A stretch of DNA of 5,615 nucleotides from a virus. Taxonomy: Duplodnaviria; Heunggongvirae; Uroviricota; Caudoviricetes. The number at the start of each line of letters is the position of its first letter. Positions within the stretch are counted from its first letter, which is position 1. The DNA is taken from IMG/VR virus record IMGVR_UViG_2700989509_000032; one strand, given 5' to 3'. Both the position numbers and the translations under genes were made by a program. Below, piece by piece: positions 1-5,615 of this stretch. The notes under the pieces are model-generated. The model saw only the letters and a list, made by a program, of their open reading frames with translations. It was not told the origin of the DNA and did not search any database.

Positions 1-655
<655 letters not shown>

Positions 656-663
<8 letters not shown>

Positions 664-880
664 GGTGCACCTCCTGCACATCAGCCATGATAATTTTTCC
701 GGCCTTATCCAGTGCCTGATCGGCTTTTAGCTGCACAAATGCTAAATAATGGGAGATGCATTCTGATTCTCTGGCTGCGTGTTTATGCGCCACACCAGCG
801 ATAGCAGAAATCTCAATAAGTGAATCCATCAGCGTTTTGATAGCGTCTACCGCTGCATCAGGCCATGTTGCATTACACAT
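656..880 (-). CDS. Hypothetical small protein, 74 aa, middle gene of the overlapping operon
   Basis: ATG at 878-880 with AGGAGGTG 5 nt upstream. Start overlaps the stop of the upstream gene (ATGTGTAA) and its own stop overlaps the start of the downstream gene (ATGCATAA). No family recognised. Confidence 0.6.
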
Positions 881-1076
881 GTTCCACCTCCTGGCGAATA
901 CGGGCGGCGAATACCATCACGCAGCCATCAGGAGATTGCTGGCGTGCTTCCTGTTCGCTGGTGGCCTCGATGTGAATTACGCGCGGTTGTGCCGTGCTCA
1001 GGGCGATAAAACGCCAGATGTATTTATTCAGGTTGTGCGAGTCCCGCCCTTGCGGGTGTGTGGTATGATTTCTCAT
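873..1076 (-). CDS. DUF987-like small protein (YeeT/YpjJ-like), 67 aa, first gene of the operon
   Basis: Track ORF 873..1271, trimmed to the internal ATG at 1074-1076 (GAGG 5 nt upstream) because the N-terminal extension is junk-like and would run through the operator region. MRNHTTHP...KYIW...GCVMVFAARIRQE resembles recalled DUF987 proteins (MRIHQQHP...KYRW...GVLAVFAERRKD). Confidence 0.5.
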   Translation of the reverse strand: MRNHTTHPQGRDSHNLNKYIWRFIALSTAQPRVIHIEATSEQEARQQSPDGCVMVFAARIRQEVEHV

Positions 1077-1171
1077 AGCTACCTCGATACTCTTGCTATC
1101 GTTGGTGGTTAGACGCCCTGCATGTGTGCCACCACTGCGGGGCGTTGTCGTTTCTGCACCTTGCATCAACA

Positions 1172-1227
1172 AGGTGTTGAACACCAATTTAAGCCCAGGT
1201 GTTAAACACGTCAAGTGTTGAACACTT
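1172..1227. promoter_or_regulatory. Three palindromic operator-like sites (GGTGTT-N-AACACC type) in the divergent intergenic region, overlapping a candidate promoter for the 1275 gene
   Basis: AGGTGTTGAACACCA at 1172-1186, AGGTGTTAAACACG at 1197-1210 and the perfect palindrome AAGTGTTGAACACTT at 1213-1227. A TTGAAC -35-like hexamer inside site 3 (1218-1223) and a CATACT -10-like hexamer at 1239-1244 lie upstream of the ATG at 1275. Confidence 0.45.
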
Positions 1228-2179
1228 ATTTTTTTCCTGCATACTGCATTTGTTTTTTGTAAGGGGTACACAACATGGCGACAAAAGCAGTAAACGCAAA
1301 ATCACAAACAGTTGCGGCAAGGGTTCCGCATGAAGTTATGAACAATGTTGAGGCGGTAAAAATGCCTGGTGAAAGTACAGGGCAGTTTGTAACAGCAGCA
1401 TTAAAGCGAGAAGTTGAATACCGCCAGCGCCGCAAGGCCAAAGAACAGGAGTAACCATCACCAGCGCCGTGGTGTGAGGAACTACGGTGCATTGTTTTAC
1501 AGGGCTGCGCCATGACCAACAAAGAATCAACCAATACACCATCACCGGCACGGAAAAGACAGCGCAGAAAGATAGCGTACGAGCATGAGTCAAACAGATT
1601 CGCGCCCTGTGCGTTTATCCTTGAGAAATTCCTTAAAGAGTACAGGCGCACAAAAATGGGGTCGCATACCTGGAAAACATCGCGGCATGGCAATGTTAAA
1701 GAGCAGGAATAGCCCACCAGCAAGCCAGCATATTCACCATAATGACCCTCAGTTAAACATAGAGTCATTGGTGCAAAGCTGACACATTGCCCACCAGCCG
1801 CAAATCTGGCATTGTTGGCGATGCGTTCAAGTATGTAGCTTTCCCACTGGCGGCCCTCTGCGGTCGCCTTTGTTTTATCCAGAACGAAATCAGACATCAG
1901 ATTGATCAGCACCTGGCGACCTGACAAAATCGCATCAGTCGCGCCACCAGCAAAATTTTTTGCTTTCCGGACAGTGTGACCAACGACATTTTGCAGCAAA
2001 ATATTCTGCATTTCTGGCGTGCTGTAGTAACGGTGATCAGCGCCTTCACTCTGTGCGACCACAACGCTATAATCTGCCTCGTAGACAGTAAGCAATATGG
2101 CGCAGTAGGCTATTCGTTCACAAAGGCGCTCCGGCAACGGGGCGCTTTCTCTTTTTGTAACGGTCAGAGCGTTACACAT
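1226..2179 (-). CDS. Hypothetical protein translationally coupled to the antirepressor-like gene; only the N-terminal ~150 codons look coding, true 3' end uncertain
   Basis: ATG at 2177-2179 with GGAGG 9 nt upstream, overlapping the stop of the 2172..2972 gene (ATGTGTAA). The first 140 codons have 51 G-initial codons (36%); after about plus coordinate 1750 the frame becomes T1-rich and Cys-rich (antisense-like) but stays open to 1226, running antisense through the 1275..1454 gene. Confidence 0.35.
   Translation of the reverse strand: MCNALTVTKRESAPLPERLCERIAYCAILLTVYEADYSVVVAQSEGADHRYYSTPEMQNILLQNVVGHTVRKAKNFAGGATDAILSGRQVLINLMSDFVLDKTKATAEGRQWESYILERIANNARFAAGGQCVSFAPMTLCLTEGHYGEYAGLLVGYSCSLTLPCRDVFQVCDPIFVRLYSLRNFSRINAQGANLFDSCSYAIFLRCLFRAGDGVLVDSLLVMAQPCKTMHRSSSHHGAGDGYSCSLALRRWRYSTSRFNAAVTNCPVLSPGIFTASTLFITSCGTLAATVCDFAFTAFVAMLCTPYKKQMQYAGKK
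1275..1454 (+). CDS. Small ribbon-helix-helix-like DNA-binding protein, 59 aa (putative regulator or antitoxin-like)
   Basis: ATG at 1275 with AAGGGG 8 nt upstream; translation MATKAVNAKSQTVAARVPHEVMNNVEAVKMPGESTGQFVTAALKREVEYRQRRKAKEQE; TAA at 1452-1454. 26 of 59 codons start with G (coding signature), no Cys, basic C-terminal helix. Below the track length cutoff. Conflicts with the antisense long ORF 1226..2179. Confidence 0.5.
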   Translation: MATKAVNAKSQTVAARVPHEVMNNVEAVKMPGESTGQFVTAALKREVEYRQRRKAKEQE

Positions 2180-2972
2180 GGCTGTTTTCCTCCATGCGAC
2201 GGGCTAACCAACGCTGCGAAAGACGAATTAATTCAGCCTTCCGCTGGTGGTAGTCCTGGCCTAACTCAATCAGCGTGATATTGCTCTGCTCAAGGTAAGA
2301 AAGGTGCTCAAGCTGCAACGTGCTCATGTGGTCGCGTGGTTCGCCTGTAATGCCGTTCGCCAGTGCCCACTGTTTTGCAGTCATGCCACCCAGCACGATA
2401 CGCGCCAGCATGTTCGCTTCCGTGGTGTAGTGGTGCTGGAGTGTGTTTTTACCCAGTTCAGCCCGGTACGCCTCCAGCGCGGCACACATTGGCTTAAAGT
2501 AGCTGGCAACTGTGATACGGGCTTTCAGTTCCCGGCGTAACGCTGCGGAACGAACAGGCGCAACCTTGTGTAGCTCCTCCTCGCATTTGATAAAGTACTG
2601 GCGAACGGCGCGGCCCTGTTCGGTACGTTCGACCATCGCCAGTTCTTTCGCCATGTTCACTGTGATGATGTACTCAAGAGCGGTTTGCTGGCGAGATTTT
2701 GCGCTCACCGGATCGGGTCGGCTCAAATATTCAACAACCTCATAATCCACGCCTTCCGTGAACCCGTATTCTTCAATGCGCCCCTTGATCCACGAACGGA
2801 AAACGCGCCCTACACCTAACGCCTTATGTAACGCTCTGGCGCTAACAATAGTGGTTTCACTCCCGCCAATAACGCCGGAAATAATCGGGATAATTTCGCC
2901 GAAATTTTGCAGATTCTGGTTTTCAGGCCGAACGAAGCCCCGCCCCTGTACGGGCGTTTTTGGAAATTTCAT
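2172..2972 (-). CDS. Phage antirepressor-like protein (AntA/Rha-type N-terminal domain), 266 aa
   Basis: ATG at 2970-2972 with AGGAG 5 nt upstream. N-terminal region ...ARALHKALGVGRVFRSWIKGRIEEYGFTEGVDYEVV... and ...ITVNMAKELAMVERTEQGRAVRQYFIKCEEEL carry the recalled signature of antirepressor (AntA/Rha/Bro-N-like) domains. Family call is from memory. Confidence 0.75.
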   Translation of the reverse strand: MKFPKTPVQGRGFVRPENQNLQNFGEIIPIISGVIGGSETTIVSARALHKALGVGRVFRSWIKGRIEEYGFTEGVDYEVVEYLSRPDPVSAKSRQQTALEYIITVNMAKELAMVERTEQGRAVRQYFIKCEEELHKVAPVRSAALRRELKARITVASYFKPMCAALEAYRAELGKNTLQHHYTTEANMLARIVLGGMTAKQWALANGITGEPRDHMSTLQLEHLSYLEQSNITLIELGQDYHQRKAELIRLSQRWLARRMEENSHV

Positions 2973-3023
2973 AAAAACTCCTGCTATCGAATTAAGTTAC
3001 TTTTATTTGCTGGTGGATAGCTG

Positions 3024-3038
3024 GGGGCAATAGCCCCG
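3024..3038. other. Short GC stem-loop (GGGGC-AATA-GCCCC) in the alpA/antirepressor intergenic gap
   Basis: 5-bp perfect stem with a 4-nt loop, but no adjacent U-run on either strand, so not a canonical intrinsic terminator. Confidence 0.25.
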
Positions 3039-3049
3039 TAGCCATTTAA

Positions 3050-3247
3050 TCAGGTAGCTGTTCCGCGTGATTCCGCAATACGCTGATTAATCCACTCGTC
3101 AATTTCACTCTCAACGAAAGCAATAGCTCGCGAGCCAATTTTAACTGATGCAGGAAATTTACCTTGCCCCATAAGGCGATAAATCCATGCCTTGCTATAT
3201 CCAGTTCTACGCTGAACTTCTGTTAAACGAATAAGCGTATTTGACAT
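3050..3247 (-). CDS. alpA: AlpA/Vis-family prophage transcriptional regulator / excisionase-like HTH protein, 65 aa
   Basis: ATG at 3245-3247 with GAGG 7 nt upstream. MSNTLIRLTEVQRRTGYSKAWIYRLMGQGKFPASVKIGSRAIAFVESEIDEWINQRIAESRGTAT carries the AlpA-family hallmark E-x-EIDEW-x-x-QR and an HTH (TGYSKAWIYRLM). Confidence 0.9.
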   Translation of the reverse strand: MSNTLIRLTEVQRRTGYSKAWIYRLMGQGKFPASVKIGSRAIAFVESEIDEWINQRIAESRGTAT

Positions 3248-3315
3248 ATATTTACCTCATAACGTCTACTCAATTTGACGAGGTAATCATGGCACAGAAA
3301 TAACGAATATTTTCA

Positions 3316-3460
3316 TACCCTCAGGCCTAATGGTTACCGGAAGGAAATCTACCCTAAGGGTGATGGTAATCGGGAGGAAATCTACCCTAAGGGTGATGGT
3401 AAAATTGACGGGGAAGATAAAAAAATACCCTCAGGGTAACAGTAAATCACCCTCAGGGTA
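3316..3460. promoter_or_regulatory. Cluster of four complete and one partial ACCCT-N-AGGGT palindromes upstream of alpA; candidate operator or iteron array
   Basis: ACCCTAAGGGT at 3351-3361 and 3383-3393, TACCCTCAGGGTA at 3426-3438, ACCCTCAGGGT at 3449-3459, plus half-site TACCCTCAGG at 3316-3325. All lie in the 227-bp gap between the alpA start (3247) and the stop of the 3475..4272 gene. Confidence 0.5.
3339..3402. repeat. Tandem direct repeat, 2 x 32 bp, each unit containing an ACCCTAAGGGT palindrome
   Basis: 3339-3370 GGAAGGAAATCTACCCTAAGGGTGATGGTAAT and 3371-3402 CGGGAGGAAATCTACCCTAAGGGTGATGGTAA are near-identical head-to-tail copies. Confidence 0.85.
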
Positions 3461-3474
3461 TGCGGTATGGTGCG

Positions 3475-4272
3475 TTAATCCGGCTTTGCGTTCTTTTGGC
3501 TGTTGTCTCGGTTAATAGGGCAGGCAGTCCTCTCTATGAGCGTTGCAAGTGCATTACTTGCCCCCCACTGCTTAAGCTCCCTGGTTATCGCTTCTTGATT
3601 TCCCCTGGTGGCAAAATCATTTTCTGGATCGTAATTGGCCCACTCTCTGTTTCTAATCTCAATAGCCTTAGCTAATGGGTCTTTATCCCAGTATTTATAT
3701 AAGTGTATCGGGCGCTCTTGCTCTAACTGCTCTATCCTTGCCCTTAACTCTGCGTTTTCTTTTTCCAGCATTGCGATTTGGGATAATAAATCATCCTCTG
3801 TACGCAACTCTTTCTTTTCAATATCGCGTCCTTGTGCCTCGTCATTTTCAGAAGAGTTAGCGCCTTCCAGCTTCGTTAACGCGTCAAGGACATCGGGAAA
3901 AATTGAGAAAATTTCACCCCTTATAAATCCAATGTTCTCAAATTCGGGATCTTCCCAATAACCGGACACCAGAAAACCATTTTCATCCCTCTCACCAGGT
4001 AAACAACCACGTTTCCGAACCGCATTCAGATTTCTATAAAGAACATCATTATCAAATTCATCCCGATACGGGTTACAAAAAGATTCCAACAGCTTAAATT
4101 CATTTACTGTGTACAGGCGGATATGTTCTCCGCTTATTCTCCTGAGTATCCAAGTTATGACATCTGAAACATCATAATCATCACCAGCGACCTTAAGCAC
4201 GACCTCAAGAAATTCACGTAAAGAAATAAAATCTTTTTTGTATTCGTTTAATTCGGCATGAATATCAATCAT
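3475..4272 (-). CDS. Hypothetical protein, 265 aa, low-GC orphan gene between integrase and alpA; acidic with a central coiled-coil segment
   Basis: Track ORF 3475..4278 begins with GTG; the ATG two codons in (4270-4272) is preferred because GAGG lies 7 nt upstream (MIDIHAELNEYKKDF...). Sampled 60-bp blocks are about 33-40% GC against about 55-60% in int and the antirepressor gene. Coiled-coil-like LLSQIAMLEKENAELRARIEQLEQERP and an acidic linker. No family recognised. Confidence 0.7.
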   Translation of the reverse strand: MIDIHAELNEYKKDFISLREFLEVVLKVAGDDYDVSDVITWILRRISGEHIRLYTVNEFKLLESFCNPYRDEFDNDVLYRNLNAVRKRGCLPGERDENGFLVSGYWEDPEFENIGFIRGEIFSIFPDVLDALTKLEGANSSENDEAQGRDIEKKELRTEDDLLSQIAMLEKENAELRARIEQLEQERPIHLYKYWDKDPLAKAIEIRNREWANYDPENDFATRGNQEAITRELKQWGASNALATLIERTACPINRDNSQKNAKPD

Positions 4273-4400
4273 ACGCACACCTCAGCGTCCTCTACTGTAG
4301 TGGCTGTACCAGTCCGTCGAGGTGTACGGATTTTCGGGAGCGACCCTAGACACAGCCTTTTCTTTCGTCGCTCAAAGTCTACTACTGTATACTCAACCAG

Positions 4401-5615
4401 TCACCCGCATTTTCCGAACTCACCATGCACCACATTTCCGCCATGCTCGAGCGAATCCATATAATCAGCGTACCACTGAAGCATTTCCCGCCGCCCATCC
4501 AGATATTGCGCATGGTTGTATGTGCCACGAATTGAGTTTTTATCGACGTGCGCAAGCTGTGTCTCTATCCACGCGGTGTTATAGCCCTGCTCATGCAAAA
4601 TGGTGCTCATAGTGTGCCGGAAGCCATGACCAGTAACCTTTCCGTTATAGCCGATGCGTTTAAATACTTGGTTTATGCTAGCCTCGCTCATTGTTTTCCT
4701 TGGATCATTACGGCCGGGAAACATAAGCGGATAATTGCCAGTTAGTTCTTTAATCTGCCCAATAAGCGAAAGAGCCTGCTCAGACAAAGGCACTACATGA
4801 GGGCGACGCATTTTCATCCGTGAAGCAGGTATCTCCCAGATAGCCTTGTTGAGATCGATTTCATCCCATAATGCACCGCGCAGTTCGCCAGTCCGCAAAC
4901 CGGTGATAATCAGTAAACGAGCCGCCATAACAACCAATGCACTTCCTGAGTAACTGGACAATGCCTTGAAAAAATCAGGTAATTCTTTGGCTGTGAGGAA
5001 AGGATAATGATTAGATTCATGACCTTGCATCGCGCTGGTGAGATCCGGTGCAGGGTTATACTCAGCACGTCCAGTGACAATTGCATAGCGGAAAACTTCC
5101 CCACATCGCTGCCTCACTTTTTTGGCTTTTTCGGTAGCACCGCGCCCCTCGATGCGCCGCAGCACATTCAGCAGTTCAAGTGGTTTGATTTCGGCGATTG
5201 GTTTTTTGCCAATGTAAGGGAACACATCTTTGTTGAAGGCTTCGAGGATGTCTGAAGCATAACCAGCAGACCATTTTTTTAATTTGCTGCTGTGCCACTC
5301 AAGGGCAATATCTTTGAAGGTGTTGTTTAACTGCGTTTCCCGGGCAATCTTTTCCTCTCGTTTCGCTTCCATCGGATCGATACCCCCAGCGATACCCCTT
5401 TTAGCTTCTTCACGTTTTGCACGAGCATCAGCCAAGGTAACTTCAGGATACACACCTAGTGCTAACAGCTTCTCTTTACCAGCTACACGATACTTGAAGC
5501 GCCAATATTTTCCTCCACTAGGTTTTACCAAGAGATACAGACCACCACCATCAGCCAGCTTGTAAGCCTTCTCTTTTGGCTTGGCAGTGTCTATTTGACG
5601 GGCATTGAGTTTCAC
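4401..5615 (-). CDS. int: P4-type tyrosine recombinase (integrase), 404 codons in window; N-terminus at the window edge and possibly incomplete
   Basis: N-terminal KPKEKAYKLADGGGLYLLVKPSGGKYWRFKYR is the hallmark of the P4-integrase arm-binding domain. Catalytic-domain motifs are present: HxxR (GHGFRHTMSTIL) and the tyrosine region (RGTYNHAQY). First in-window codon is GTG at 5613-5615, so the true start may be just outside. Confidence 0.9.
   Translation of the reverse strand: MKLNARQIDTAKPKEKAYKLADGGGLYLLVKPSGGKYWRFKYRVAGKEKLLALGVYPEVTLADARAKREEAKRGIAGGIDPMEAKREEKIARETQLNNTFKDIALEWHSSKLKKWSAGYASDILEAFNKDVFPYIGKKPIAEIKPLELLNVLRRIEGRGATEKAKKVRQRCGEVFRYAIVTGRAEYNPAPDLTSAMQGHESNHYPFLTAKELPDFFKALSSYSGSALVVMAARLLIITGLRTGELRGALWDEIDLNKAIWEIPASRMKMRRPHVVPLSEQALSLIGQIKELTGNYPLMFPGRNDPRKTMSEASINQVFKRIGYNGKVTGHGFRHTMSTILHEQGYNTAWIETQLAHVDKNSIRGTYNHAQYLDGRREMLQWYADYMDSLEHGGNVVHGEFGKCG

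Noticed and set aside
756-1112. Plus-strand ORF of 118 aa
   Set aside because: Lies entirely antisense to the coupled DUF987-like and 74-aa genes, has no SD, and its product is Cys/Leu-rich and low-complexity.
873-1271. Long form (132 aa) of the DUF987-like ORF starting at 1271
   Set aside because: The N-terminal 65 residues are junk-like and would be translated across the operator palindromes and the divergent gene start. The internal ATG at 1076 has a proper SD and gives the size expected for the family.
1336-1593. Minus-strand ORF of 85 aa
   Set aside because: Antisense to the RHH-like gene, hydrophobic and Cys-rich, no SD.
1512-1712. Plus-strand ORF of 66 aa (basic protein MTNKESTNTPSPARKRQRRK...)
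   Set aside because: Weak SD, only about 21% G-initial codons, many rare AGA/AGG/ATA/CGG codons. Not excluded, but not supportable as a gene from sequence alone. ORF 1585..1782 in the same region is rejected for the same reasons.
1976-2278. Plus-strand ORF of 100 aa
   Set aside because: Antisense to the coding-like N-terminal part of the 2179 ORF and to the end of the antirepressor gene; Cys-rich product and no SD.
2304-3033. Plus-strand ORFs 2304..2540, 2512..2745 and 2758..3033
   Set aside because: All are antisense to the well-supported antirepressor-like gene, with Cys/Arg-rich junk-like products.
3024-3038. Possible intrinsic terminator between alpA and the antirepressor gene
   Set aside because: The GC stem-loop has no adjacent U-run on either strand, and the two genes are probably co-transcribed. 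Kept only as a low-confidence structural feature.
3330-3515. Plus-strand ORF of 61 aa with internal repeat (GRKSTLRVMV twice)
   Set aside because: The ORF is produced by reading through the 2 x 32-bp tandem DNA repeat; the repetition is at the DNA level in a regulatory intergenic region, not a protein repeat.
3460-3961. Plus-strand ORFs 3460..3675, 3635..3961 and 3675..3860
   Set aside because: Antisense to the 3475..4272 gene; Ser/Leu/Phe-rich low-complexity products typical of the reverse strand of an AT-rich gene.
4258-5565. Plus-strand ORFs 4258..4464, 4322..4612, 4548..4745, 5007..5255 and 5284..5565, and minus-strand ORF 4910..5104
   Set aside because: All lie inside or antisense to the integrase gene, whose frame is confirmed by catalytic motifs. 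4910..5104 is an alternative frame within int.

Overview
This window looks like the integrase-proximal end of a P4/CP4-57-type integrative island (satellite- or PICI-like) from an enterobacterial genome, with every supported gene on the minus strand except one small divergent gene. From right to left: a P4-type tyrosine integrase (4401..5615, N-terminus at the window edge), a low-GC orphan gene (3475..4272), an AlpA/Vis-family regulator (3050..3247), an antirepressor-like gene (2172..2972), a translationally coupled ORF of uncertain extent (2179 downwards), a divergent small ribbon-helix-helix-like gene (1275..1454) with three palindromic operators, a three-gene overlapping operon (DUF987-like, 74 aa, 165 aa; 873..1076, 656..880, 166..663), and the left end of an IS3-family element (1..195) that cuts into the 3' end of the 165-aa gene. 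No tRNA, rRNA or CRISPR array was seen. The most promising candidates for something undescribed are the low-GC gene between int and alpA, the repeat-rich alpA upstream region, and the non-canonical gene pair downstream of the DUF987-like gene. All family assignments are from reading the translations and recalled motifs; no database search was run.
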